Source of the DNA: an uncultured Chloroflexia bacterium
GTDB taxonomy: Bacteria; Chloroflexota; Limnocylindria; Limnocylindrales; CSP1-4
Assembly (NCBI GenBank): GCA_963813535.1
Contig: CAWEZH010000001.1
Coordinates: forward strand, 64,001 to 128,000
Direction: 5' to 3'
DNA length: 64,000 bases
Below the pieces are notes generated by a model. The model searched no databases, had not been told where the DNA came from, and saw nothing but the letters and a program-made list of their open reading frames with translations. The translations under genes and the position numbers were made by a program. This document shows, piece by piece, positions 40,630-50,330 of the stretch. The stretch's first letter is position 1. Each line of letters opens with the position of its first letter.

Positions 40630-40674
40630 ATATATCGGTAGGCGATATATACGACTATCGCGGGGTACTGTCAA
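40630..40674 (-). promoter_or_regulatory. padR promoter with a palindromic operator
   Basis: Minus strand TTGACA-17 nt-TATATA; perfect inverted repeat ATATATCG-N5-CGATATAT (40630-40650) overlapping the -10. Confidence 0.75.
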
Positions 40675-40677
40675 CCC

Positions 40678-42231
40678 CTAGTCCAGCATCCCGTAAGCGC
40701 GAAGGGTCAGAAAGTCGGCGAAGGCGTCGTCGAGGACGAGGTGGTCGAGCAGGTCCCAGGCGTCCTTGAGTCTCCCCTCGCGAATGCCGCCGAGTCGCTC
40801 CAGCTCCTCGTCACGGACGGCCGCGTACCGTTCGATCGATAGCACACCGCGCACGCGCCAGAGCCACAGCTGCGAACGCGCGATCTCGGCGGTCGCGGCG
40901 TCCTCCATGAGATTGTCGATCGCGGCCGCACCCGTGCCGCGCAGCCACGAGTCGAGGTACGCGAGGGCCACGCGCACGTTCGCGCGGATCCCGGCGTCGG
41001 TGACCTCGCCGCCCGGGACCGTGAAGTCCACGAGGGCAGATGCCTCCACGGACACCTCCGGCCGGAGCCGATCCTTCTGGTTCGGCAATGACCCGAGCAC
41101 CTGGTCGAAGATCTCCGTCGCGACCGGAACGAGGTCCGGATGCGCGACCCACGTCCCGTCGAAGCCATCGCGGGACTCGCGTTCCTTGTCGTCGCGCACC
41201 TTGGCGAGCGCGTTCTCGGTCACCTCCGGGTCGCGCCGGTTCGGGATGAACGCGGCCATGCCGCCGATCGCGTGCGCGCCGCGTCGATGGCACGTGGCGA
41301 CCAACCGTTCCGTGTAGGCGCGCATGAACGGCACGGTCATCGTGAGCTGCGACCGATCCGGCGACGACAGCGACGGCGACGAGCGGAACCGCTTGATGAC
41401 GCTGAACAGGTAGTCCCAGCGACCCGCGTTCAAACCGGCGGCGTGCTCGCGCAGCTCGTACAGGATCTCGTCCATCTCGAAGGCGGCCGTGATCGTCTCG
41501 ATCAGCACGGTCGCGCGGATCGAGCCGCGCGGGACGCCGAGCCGCTCCTGCGCCCACACGAACACCTCATTCCACAGCCGCGCTTCGTGATGCGACTCGA
41601 GCTTGGGCAGGTACAGGTACGGCCCCGAGCCACGTGCCACCCGCTCGGCGGCGTTGTGGAACAGGTACAGGCCGGCATCGAACAGTGAGGCCGACACCGG
41701 CACGCCGTCGACGAGGACGTGCGACTCGACGAGATGCCACCCGCGCGGTCGGACAACGAGCTGGGCGATGGTGTCGGCCAGCCGGTAGGACTTGCCCTCG
41801 GGCAATTCGAACGTGAGGGTGCCCCGGACAGCATCGATCAGGGCGGCCTGGCCGCCAACCACGTTCGCCCAGGTCGGCGAGAGCGCGTCCTCGAGGTCGG
41901 CCATGAACACGCGAGCACCCGAATTGAGCGCGTTGATCAGCATCTTCGGCTCGGCAGGACCGGTGATCTCGACCCGCCGGTCGTCGAAGTCGGCCGGGGC
42001 AGGCGCGACCGTCCACTCCGACTCGCGGATCCCGCGCGTGGCGGTCGGGAAGTCGAGCGGCGTTCCGGCATCGAGCTCCGCCTGACGCTCCTGGCGCCGG
42101 TGAAGAAGGTCGATGCGCACCTGGCCGAACCGCCGCTGGAGGTCGGCGATGAAGGCAAGGGCATCGTCGGTCAGGACGCGTTCAGCGCCGTCGACCGGCG
42201 GACCCGTGACGACCAGGCCGTCCAGTGCCAT
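40678..42231 (-). CDS. aceB: Malate synthase A
   Basis: [60 protein letters not shown]. Confidence 0.95.
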   Translation of the reverse strand: MALDGLVVTGPPVDGAERVLTDDALAFIADLQRRFGQVRIDLLHRRQERQAELDAGTPLDFPTATRGIRESEWTVAPAPADFDDRRVEITGPAEPKMLINALNSGARVFMADLEDALSPTWANVVGGQAALIDAVRGTLTFELPEGKSYRLADTIAQLVVRPRGWHLVESHVLVDGVPVSASLFDAGLYLFHNAAERVARGSGPYLYLPKLESHHEARLWNEVFVWAQERLGVPRGSIRATVLIETITAAFEMDEILYELREHAAGLNAGRWDYLFSVIKRFRSSPSLSSPDRSQLTMTVPFMRAYTERLVATCHRRGAHAIGGMAAFIPNRRDPEVTENALAKVRDDKERESRDGFDGTWVAHPDLVPVATEIFDQVLGSLPNQKDRLRPEVSVEASALVDFTVPGGEVTDAGIRANVRVALAYLDSWLRGTGAAAIDNLMEDAATAEIARSQLWLWRVRGVLSIERYAAVRDEELERLGGIREGRLKDAWDLLDHLVLDDAFADFLTLRAYGMLD

Positions 42232-43079
42232 CAGGTCATCCCGGATCGTCGGACGGTCGCCTCGATCAGGCCGTGCGGCTCGGTGGTCGCGATGTAGACG
42301 GTCTTGTCGTTCGCGATCTCCATCGGCGACAGGTCGGCGAGCCAGTGATGGAGGTTGGGCAGCACCATCCGGACCTCGTCGAGCTCCTCGTGCCGCTCGA
42401 GCATCGCCTTTGCCATGATCCAGATGCTCGTCTGGACGCTGGGACTGTCGTGGTCGGCGAAGACCTCGAGCAGCGTCGTGCGCACATCGAGGAACGCAGC
42501 ATCGAGGTCGAGATCGGGCGCGCCGTACCGCCAGATGGCGGTCAGCTTCGTCGCCATCAGCCGGTCGTCGGTCTCGGGGAGCGTGGTGTAGCGGTCGCGC
42601 GGGAAGCCCTCGAACGCCGAGCGCGTGGTCTTCATGACGACGAGGTCCTCGACCCCGGCCTCGATGGTCGTCTCGGCAGGGCTCGCGGCGATGGTCGCCA
42701 CCCGGGTGCCCTCGCCGCCCTTGACGAACGCATCCGTCGCCGGGCTGCCCGCGACGTCGATCGGCTGCCAGTGGTGGGCGCGGATATTGACGGTCGCGCG
42801 GTCCACCTGGTCGAACCCCAGGAAGTGCTCAGCGAGTGCCTTGCCGTACGACTCGATCGCCCCGTCGAGATGGTCCAGCGCGAAGGCATAGGCAGTGTTC
42901 TTCATCGTGTCTGTCGCGACGACCATCGAGTTGTCGCCATCCGTGTGGGCCGAGGTGAAATCGCCCTCGAGGGCGATGGCCACCGTCAGATCGTGCAGCC
43001 GATGCGGGCTCGTGTCACGGCCGACGCGGACGACTCGGATGGCGGCCTTGCCGTAGCGATTGGCGCCCAGCTCGATCAC
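42231..43079 (-). CDS. pucL: Factor-independent urate hydroxylase (uricase)
   Basis: YGK, GDN...[44 protein letters not shown]. Confidence 0.95.
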   Translation of the reverse strand: MIELGANRYGKAAIRVVRVGRDTSPHRLHDLTVAIALEGDFTSAHTDGDNSMVVATDTMKNTAYAFALDHLDGAIESYGKALAEHFLGFDQVDRATVNIRAHHWQPIDVAGSPATDAFVKGGEGTRVATIAASPAETTIEAGVEDLVVMKTTRSAFEGFPRDRYTTLPETDDRLMATKLTAIWRYGAPDLDLDAAFLDVRTTLLEVFADHDSPSVQTSIWIMAKAMLERHEELDEVRMVLPNLHHWLADLSPMEIANDKTVYIATTEPHGLIEATVRRSGMT

Positions 43080-43555
43080 GTGGACAGCTTCGCATGGCGG
43101 TCGATGGCGATGTCGACGACGGCGTCGAGGGCACGGTGGAGCTCGTCGGTGCGGTCCTCTTCGAGCGCGGCGGCCATCCCGGGGAGCAGCGCCTCGCGCG
43201 GTCGACCGGCCACGAAAACGCAGTACCGGAAGCCGTGGCGAGCCTCGTACGCGTCGTTGAGTCGCTCCAGTTCGGCGGCGACATCGACGTCGGCGCCGTG
43301 CCGGCTCCCCGGTCGTACCCCTGCTCGACGTAGCTCAATCGCCGACACCGTCCCGGGCGGCGCCCCAAGTCGAGGATGCGCATCGACCAGCTCGATCTGT
43401 TCGTCCTCCGGCATCTCGTGGGCGATCGCGCGGGCGGCGGCGAACAGCGCCTCGTCGTCGGCGTAGGGCCCGGCTGCGTGAAGGCGTGCGAGGAACCGGG
43501 GCGCGCCCTCGAACAGCGGTGCCATCTCTGCCGGGTTGGCTGCCCGGACAGTCAC
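43076..43555 (-). CDS. uraD: OHCU decarboxylase; internal compensating frameshifts at about 43340-43295
   Basis: LFEG.P, AHPRLG, LN.AYE..HGF.Y..FVAGR; the conserved LSYVEQG is in an alternate frame. Confidence 0.85.
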   Translation of the reverse strand: MTVRAANPAEMAPLFEGAPRFLARLHAAGPYADDEALFAAARAIAHEMPEDEQIELVDAHPRLGAPPGTVSAIELRRAGVRPGSRHGADVDVAAELERLNDAYEARHGFRYCVFVAGRPREALLPGMAAALEEDRTDELHRALDAVVDIAIDRHAKLST

Positions 43556-44538
43556 GGCGCCGTTTCCGGTCGCCAGGCCGGGAACGAATCGTAGGCGCCT
43601 TCGGTGAGGTAGATCGGTTCCTCGGTCCCGAGGACGATCGCGATGCGCGACCCGGTTCTGCCACCGTCGTTCGTGTAGGCGAGCCAGTCGCCCGACGGCG
43701 ACCACGATGGCGGCCAGTGGTCGTTCTCGGGCGTGTTCGTGAGGAGCGTCGGGCCCCGAGCGCCGTCTGGTCCGACCGTGTAGATATCTTCGTTCCAGGT
43801 CGCCGGATCGCTGTTCGCGTAGTCATTCGCGCTTGACACGAACGCGATCGCACCGAGCGAGTTGACCGCACCCTCCGAGGCGTTCGGGACCTGGATCGGC
43901 AGGATGTCGGGTTCGCCGCCCTCGACGCTGACATACGCCAGCTCGGTATCCGTGAAGTCGGCCCCCACAGTGACCAACAGGCGCTTCCCGTCCGGTGTCC
44001 ACGAGGGCCAGTTCCCGTCGCTGACGCGCCGTGCGTCGTCGGCTCCGTCCGACGAGCGGATCCACACGCTCGGCGCTCCCTGCCAGTCGTCGACGTACGC
44101 GATCAAGCGACCGTCGGGCGACCACGCGGGAGCGCCTTCGATGCCGGGGCCATCGGTGAGCTGGGTCAGGTGTCGGTCGGCTGCGGCCGGATCTGCATCG
44201 ATGAGCCAGATATCACCGCTCGTCGCGCTCTCGATGCTGACGAACGCCAGCCGGGAGCCGTCAGGCGACCAGGCCGTGAACAGCTCGATCTCGGGCGTGT
44301 CGGTCAGGCGCTGCAGGTCCGATCCGTCGGTCGCGACGCTCCAGATGTCGCCACCGGTCGGCGTGTTCGCCGAGGGATCGAATACCGTGCGCGCGAAGGC
44401 GATCCGCCCGTCGGGCGGCCTGGCAGCACTCGGCTCCGGGCTCGCAGGAGGTGGCGTCGACGGAGATGTGGCGGCCTGGCCGGCGCAGCCCGTCAGGATG
44501 CCGAGACCGAGCAGCGCGACGAGCGATGGCCGGTTCAC
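43552..44538 (-). CDS. TolB-like (PD40-repeat) beta-propeller lipoprotein
   Basis: LTGC lipobox; repeats AWSPDG, PAWSPDG, PSWTPDG, PSWSPSG, PAWRP. Confidence 0.85.
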   Translation of the reverse strand: MNRPSLVALLGLGILTGCAGQAATSPSTPPPASPEPSAARPPDGRIAFARTVFDPSANTPTGGDIWSVATDGSDLQRLTDTPEIELFTAWSPDGSRLAFVSIESATSGDIWLIDADPAAADRHLTQLTDGPGIEGAPAWSPDGRLIAYVDDWQGAPSVWIRSSDGADDARRVSDGNWPSWTPDGKRLLVTVGADFTDTELAYVSVEGGEPDILPIQVPNASEGAVNSLGAIAFVSSANDYANSDPATWNEDIYTVGPDGARGPTLLTNTPENDHWPPSWSPSGDWLAYTNDGGRTGSRIAIVLGTEEPIYLTEGAYDSFPAWRPETAP

Positions 44539-45395
44539 CAGCCGCCGGCGTCGCGGATGATGCGATGGAGCACCCGCGCGGCCACGAGGCGGCGGTACTC
44601 GGCAGTCGACCGGACGTCATCGATGGGTGCCAGCTCACCGGCGAGCGTCTCCGCCGCCAGATCCGCACTCTCGGGGTTGGGTGCTCGACCGTCCAGGGCC
44701 GCCTCTGTCGCCGCGGCACGGATCGGCGTGGCCGCCACGGAGCCCAGTGCCACGCGCACCTCGCGCCACGCGCCATCACCCTGCCATGCGACGCTCATCA
44801 CGACCTTGCTGATCGACTGCGCGCGGCGCGTCCCGACCTTCCGGAAGCGCATCTCCCGGTCCGACGCCAACGGGATGCGGATCCGAAGGACCAGTTCGTC
44901 GTGGGCGAGGGAGGTCTGCCGGTAGCCCGTCCAGAACTGCGCGGCCGGTACCTCGCGCTCACCCCGTTCCGAGCCGACCACGATCACCGCGTCTCCGGCG
45001 AGCAGTACGGGCAGGGTGTCGCCGGCGGGCGACGCGTTGGCGATGTTGCCCCCGAGGGTGCCGCGATTCTGGATCTGGGCGGCGCCGATCGTCGCGGCCG
45101 CATCGACCAGGGCCGGGACGTGCTCGCGGCACATCGCCGAACGGCGGATGTCCGTGTAGGTCGTCAGCGATCCCAGGGTCAGCGCGTCGCCGTCGATGGC
45201 GGTGCCCCGCAGCTCGTCGATGGCCCACAGGTCGACGACGCTGTCCGGCGCCGAGCCGAGCTCTCCGGTCAGCGCGACCATCAAGTCGGTGCCGCCGGCG
45301 ATCGGGCGGACGGGCGTCTCGGCGGAGCCGCTCGCCAGCGCGGCGTAGGCATCCGCGAGGGTGCGCGGGCTGGTGACGGGTGGCTCGATCGGCAT
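44535..45395 (-). CDS. Xanthine dehydrogenase family FAD-binding subunit
   Basis: IAGGTDL, IGAAQIQNRGTLGGNIANASPAGD, FRKVGTRRAQSISK, PIDDVRSTAEYR. Confidence 0.92.
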   Translation of the reverse strand: MPIEPPVTSPRTLADAYAALASGSAETPVRPIAGGTDLMVALTGELGSAPDSVVDLWAIDELRGTAIDGDALTLGSLTTYTDIRRSAMCREHVPALVDAAATIGAAQIQNRGTLGGNIANASPAGDTLPVLLAGDAVIVVGSERGEREVPAAQFWTGYRQTSLAHDELVLRIRIPLASDREMRFRKVGTRRAQSISKVVMSVAWQGDGAWREVRVALGSVAATPIRAAATEAALDGRAPNPESADLAAETLAGELAPIDDVRSTAEYRRLVAARVLHRIIRDAGGW

Positions 45396-45432
45396 CGATG
45401 CTCGGTCGGCGCTTCGGTGGGACGCGGCCCGG

Positions 45433-45657
45433 TCAGCCGCCTCGACCGCGCCGGCGGCCGAGGACGAGCAGGACCAGCGCCGCCAGGATCCCGAATCCGG
45501 CGATGACCTGGCCCGGAGACACCGACGGGGCGGCGGCGGCAGGTGGGGCAGCGGTGTCGGCCGCGTCGTCGGCCGGCGACGCATCGACGGCGTCGTCGCT
45601 GAGTGCCGGGCGATGTCCGTTGGTCGGCACCGCCACGCGATCCGTGGATGGGTTCAC
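45433..45657 (-). CDS. Small single-TM protein (74 aa; acidic/Ala linker, C-terminal TM, RRRGR tail)
   Basis: GTG start overlaps the stop of the 2Fe-2S gene, after GGAGG; [25 protein letters not shown]. Confidence 0.6.
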   Translation of the reverse strand: MNPSTDRVAVPTNGHRPALSDDAVDASPADDAADTAAPPAAAAPSVSPGQVIAGFGILAALVLLVLGRRRGRGG

Positions 45658-46154
45658 GGTACGGGTCCTCCACTTGCGACGAGAGCGATCGCGTCGACGA
45701 TCTTCGTGTAGCCCGTGCAGCGGCACAGGTTGCCGGCGATCGACTCCCGGATCGCATCCTCGTCGGGTCCGCCGCCTGCGTCGAGATACGCGCGGGCGGC
45801 CATCAACATGCCGGGCGTGCAGATGCCGCATTGGGCACCACCGGTCACCAGGAACGCCCGCTGCAGCGCGTCGAGCTCCGGGGCGTTGGCGGCGACGCCG
45901 GTCGTCGCAGGCGCCGGCGCGAGCCCCTCGACGGTCCGGATCTCCATGCCGACGACCTGGCAGATGGGGACGAGGCATGAATCGACGGGCGCGCCGTCGA
46001 CCAGGACCGTGCAGGCGCCGCACTCCCCTTCCCCACAGCCTTCCTTCGTGCCGGTGAGAGCGAGATCCTCGCGGATCACGTCGAGGAGACGTCGCATGCC
46101 GGGGACATCGACCTCGACTGCTGTGCCGTTGACCGAGAGGCGGTAGGCCGTCAC
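45654..46154 (-). CDS. Xanthine dehydrogenase family (2Fe-2S) subunit
   Basis: GTKEGCGEGECGACTV...SC, QCGICTPG, GNLCRCTGY. Confidence 0.95.
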   Translation of the reverse strand: MTAYRLSVNGTAVEVDVPGMRRLLDVIREDLALTGTKEGCGEGECGACTVLVDGAPVDSCLVPICQVVGMEIRTVEGLAPAPATTGVAANAPELDALQRAFLVTGGAQCGICTPGMLMAARAYLDAGGGPDEDAIRESIAGNLCRCTGYTKIVDAIALVASGGPVP

Positions 46155-48488
46155 GAGGCCCGCTCACGGATCGGCTCCGACTCGGCGGGCCGACGACCGG
46201 CCACATCGGGCCGACGCGCCATGGCGGCGATGACCCGCTCCGGACTTGCCGGCAGGTCGGTGATCCAGACTCCGGTCGCGTCGGCGATCGCGGCCACGAC
46301 GGCCGGCGCCCCGACGTCCATCGGGAGCTCCCCGACGCCCTTGGCGCCGTGGGGCGCGCCCGCGAACGGTGCCTCGACGAGGATCGTCGAGATGCGGGGC
46401 GCATCGAGCGCGGTCGGGATGATGTAGGTCGCGAGGCGATCGTTCAGATAGCGCCCGTCGCGCAGCTTGATCTCCTCGATCGTGGCGTAGCCGACGGCCT
46501 GCAGCGTGCCACCCTCGACCTGGCCCTCTGCGAGAACGGGATGGATCACGTGACCGATGTCGTCGGCCGCGACGACGTCCCGCACGTGCACCTCGCCGGT
46601 GTCGAGGTCGACGTCGACATGGGCCACGCAGGCCGCCCAGCCGAATGCCGGATATGCGTCGCCCGTATACGTCGCGTCGTCGAATGGCGTGCCGCCGGGG
46701 TACGGCTCGAACTGCTGGTCGATCCGGGTGGTGCCGTGATCTCGGGCGTAGGTCGACGCCGTCTCGGCGAACGAACCGCCGCGTCTCGGACTCGACCTGC
46801 TCGCGCAGCCGTTGCGCCGCCTTGATCAGCAGGCCACCGACGACCATCGCGGTGCGCGATGCGACGGTCGGCCCGGAGTCGGGGACGTAGGCGGTGTCCT
46901 GTGGAGCGATCTCGACCTCGCTCTCGTCGAGCCCGAGTGCCTCCGCGACGAGCTGCGGGAAGATCGTCTTGGTGCCCTGACCCATCTCGGTCGACGCGGT
47001 CAAGATTCGCACCCGACCCTCGGCGGTCAGCTCGATCGAGGCGACCGACGCGAGCTTCACCTCGCCCGAGCCGGTGAACCCCGCGCCGTGCCAGGCCAGG
47101 GCAAGCCCGACGCCCGAGGCCAGCCGATCCGGCTGGGTCCGCAGCGCCGACGCGGGGACCGTTCCCGAGCCGGCGCGCCCACGCCGCGCGTCATCGGTCC
47201 GTGTCCGCATGTGGACGAACTCCGCGGCCTCGGCGGCCCGTTCGAGGACCTCCTCGCCGGCGACACTGTCACGCAGCACCTGCCCGGTCGGGGTCGTGTC
47301 TCCGGGGCGGTACACGTTGCGCCGCCGGATGTCGAGCGGCGAGATGTCGAGTCGCTCGGCGATCCGGTTGAGGTGGGTCTCGGCGGCGAACTCGGTCTGC
47401 GGGGCCCCGAAGCCGCGGAATGCGCCGTTCGGCGGCGTGTTCGTCCGGGTCGCCTTGGCGCGGATGCGCACGTTCGGACACCGATACGGCCCGCCGGCAT
47501 GGATCGCGCCGCGCGACAGGACGACCGGCGTCAGCGTGCAGTACGCCCCACCGTCCATCACGACGTCGATCTCCTGTGCGATCAGCACCCCATCGTGGGT
47601 CACCCCGGTCCGGTGACGGACGATGGCCGGGTGTCGCTTGGTGGTGGCCGCGATGTCCTCGTGGCGGTCGTAGATCATGCGGACCGGCTTCTGCGCCTTC
47701 CTGGCAAGCAGCGCCGCATGGAGCGCGATGACGGACGGGAACTCCTCCTTCCCACCGAAGCCACCACCGGTCTCCGCCTGGACGACCCGGGCGCCGTCAT
47801 CGTCGAGCCCGAGACCGCGCTTCAGCGCTGCGTGGACGTAGTACGGGCACTGGAGCGAGCCGGTGACGGTGACGCCGCTCTCCGTCGGCACGGCGATCAT
47901 CGCGTTGTTCTCGATGTAGAGCTGCTCCTGGTGGCCCACGCGGTACTCGCCCTCGAGGATGAGGTCCGCGGCGGCGAACGCGGCATCCGGATCACCGCGG
48001 TCGATGGCGTACGCGGCGAAGACGTGGTCCGAGGAGTCAGGCTCGAAGACGGCCGGGAGCTTGGTGGTCCGGGGTGTGACCCGGCGCCTCGCTTCGCGCA
48101 GCGTGGCTCGATCCGGCGCGGCGACCAGCGCCAGCGGTTCCGCGTGATGGAGGATCTCGCCGCCGATCGGGACGAGGATCGGCTGGTCGTTCTTGATGGA
48201 GCTGACGATGTTGTCGCCCGGGATGTCGTCGGCGGTGACGACCACGACCCCTGACCAGTCGAACGCCGGATCGAGGTCGAGCGCGTCGAAGGTGGCGTGC
48301 GCGTCGGTCGAGCGGATCGTGGCGCCGTACCACGCGCCGGGGACGACGATGTCATCCGTATACAGCGCGGTCCCGGTCAGCTTGGCCGGGCCTTCCCGAC
48401 GAAGCGGCGCCGGCGGGCGGGCACGACCAGGGAGCGTGGTCCCGGGCGTGATGACGAGCGCGTCGGGGGCGGACGTCCGAGTCGTCAT
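46151..48488 (-). CDS. Xanthine dehydrogenase family molybdopterin-binding subunit; frameshift at about 46780
   Basis: GGGFGGKE, KRHP, AFRGFGAPQ, EMGQG, SGPTVASR; C-terminal GQVEGG...AKGVGE in the adjacent frame. Confidence 0.92.
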
Positions 48489-48681
48489 GCGGAGGGACGA
48501 TACCATCGGTCCGAGTTACGAACGGGCTGCCACAGGAGGCCTCGGTTCGGTGCGAAGCCGCACCGAGAATTGGTCCCGGGGCCTTGTCCGATGGTCCCAA
48601 CGGCCTCATCTGCCCGTATCATCCCGGCGACTAGGGGCCTGGTTGCTGCCCGGGGCCTGGTCGAAGGGGGGTTAGCGATCC

Positions 48682-49941
48682 ATGAATCTTCCACCTGCCA
48701 CGGTCTTGCTCATCGTCTTCATCGCTGCCGTGGCGAACCTCCTGGTGCTTCTCGCGGTCTCCGCGAGAGCTCGAGCCGGGCGCGCCAAACACGTCGAGGT
48801 CGAGGGCTTCATGTCCTCGTCGTACGGCAAGGACGGCACTGACCTCGACCAGGTCCCTACGAGCACGGATGGGGGGACGTCGACCACGGATGTGTCGACG
48901 CCCACCCGTCGCTACCCATGGGCGAACGGCAATGCCTGGTCCTCGCCTGTCTACGTGTCCGCGGGATCCGGCGTGCCTCCGCCCGCCGGGCCGTTCGAAG
49001 ACCCCGCCCCCAGTGCGCTCGAACAGCGCTCGCTCAGCCTTGACGCGGCTGAGGCCGACGCGTCGGCCGAGGCGGCGGCGGCGATCGCCGAGATGGACGC
49101 CGACACGATCGTCGCTGACGGCACCGACGACACCGATGCCATCGATGACGTCATCGCCTCGGTGATGGACGTCGCCGATATGCCGATCGTTGCCGTCGGC
49201 GAGCCCGTCGACGCCGAGATGAACGACATGAACGAGGAGGAAGGATCGACGATGGATGCCCAAGCCGCGGACACCGCCGTGGACGTTCCCGATACCGCTG
49301 TGGACGCCCCGGACACCGCCATCGAACCCGCCGTCGACGAAGCCGTCGACGACATGCATGAGACCGCGACGACCGCGTCGATGATGACCGTGCGCGGCCG
49401 CGACCCGCTGACCGGACTGCTGGACGCCCTGGCCTTCGAGGAGGTCATGGCCCAGGAGGAGGCCCGCGAACAGCGCTATGGGCATCCGGCGACCTTCATC
49501 CTCTTCGAGCTCGACGGACTGCCGAAACTCGTCGATCGCCTCGGGGCCGAGACTGGGGACCGGATCGAGACCGCTCTGGGTGACACGATCAGGCGACTCG
49601 CCCGGCGCGCGGATCACGTGGCGCGGCTGGAGCGCGGCCGATACGCCTTTCTGCTCCCGGTGACCGATGAGGTGGCCGCCATCAACTACATCGAGCGCGT
49701 CCGGCGCGCGTGCGAGCTGTGGCTGGAGTCGGGCGCCATCGCGATGCGCCCGGCGATCGGCTGGGCGAGCACGAGCGGCGACGCCGGTCTGTCTGGTGCG
49801 GTCCGCATCGCGACGGATCGCATGCGCCAGGAGCTTCGACGGAACGCCCGACAGGCAGGCGACGGGACGCCCGGCGTGGAGTCACTCGAAGCCGAGTCCC
49901 CCGACGGCCCTGAGGCCGTCGATGCCGACGTCGCCGCGTAG
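48682..49941 (+). CDS. Membrane-anchored degenerate GGDEF-domain protein (paralog 1)
   Basis: N-terminal TM, acidic linker, RDPLTGL, RRAD..ARLERGRY in place of GGDEF, IGWA. Confidence 0.78.
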   Translation: MNLPPATVLLIVFIAAVANLLVLLAVSARARAGRAKHVEVEGFMSSSYGKDGTDLDQVPTSTDGGTSTTDVSTPTRRYPWANGNAWSSPVYVSAGSGVPPPAGPFEDPAPSALEQRSLSLDAAEADASAEAAAAIAEMDADTIVADGTDDTDAIDDVIASVMDVADMPIVAVGEPVDAEMNDMNEEEGSTMDAQAADTAVDVPDTAVDAPDTAIEPAVDEAVDDMHETATTASMMTVRGRDPLTGLLDALAFEEVMAQEEAREQRYGHPATFILFELDGLPKLVDRLGAETGDRIETALGDTIRRLARRADHVARLERGRYAFLLPVTDEVAAINYIERVRRACELWLESGAIAMRPAIGWASTSGDAGLSGAVRIATDRMRQELRRNARQAGDGTPGVESLEAESPDGPEAVDADVAA

Positions 49942-49974
49942 CACCCTTTCGGCGCCGAGGCGGATCTCGCGATC

Positions 49975-50109
49975 GGCGATGTTGCCCCCGCAGGGGATCT
50001 CGCGCTGGCGCAAACCACGGCGCATGGCCCTTGCGCCGGTCATCTCGTGGAGCGCGTGCGCCAGGGAGAGCAGCCGCGCATCGCGCACGACCTGGCCGAG
50101 GATGCGCAC
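49975..50109 (-). pseudogene. Decayed duplicate fragment of the D-aminoacylase 3' region
   Basis: Translates RILGQVVRDARLLSLAHALHEMTGARAMRRGLRQREIPCGGNIAD versus RILGQFVRDDRLLSMEQAVHKMTGAAAARLGFRQRGTIREGNIAD at about 51400-51530. Confidence 0.85.
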
Positions 50110-50330
50110 CTAGGGATCGTCCGTCCGCGGGCCTGAACCCCACCAGACCGACCCGCTCTCCACCAGACCGCACCAGACTGCCCGGCACGGTGACACGCTG
50201 CACCGTGAATCGGTCCCGCCCGGTATCCCGGATCGTCCTTTGGCAGGACCGGCGCGTATCATCCACGCCCGCCGGACACCGCGGTCCGCCGCGAGCGGTC
50301 CGGAGTGACAGCGTGGGGGTCACCCAGGAC

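Noticed and set aside
780-46790. Frameshifts in acuC (785), yyaL (5553), gntR (17528/17720), ligD (25855), uraD (43340-43295) and XDH (46780) as programmed frameshifting or pseudogenisation
   Set aside because: They are isolated 1-nt indels in unrelated, otherwise intact genes with no slippery heptamers or internal stops. Long-read consensus error is the simplest explanation; reads are needed to confirm.
50000-50040. GGCGCAAACC resembling a c-di-GMP-I riboswitch near GGDEF genes
   Set aside because: No GNRA/receptor architecture, and the sequence is explained as the D-aminoacylase remnant.
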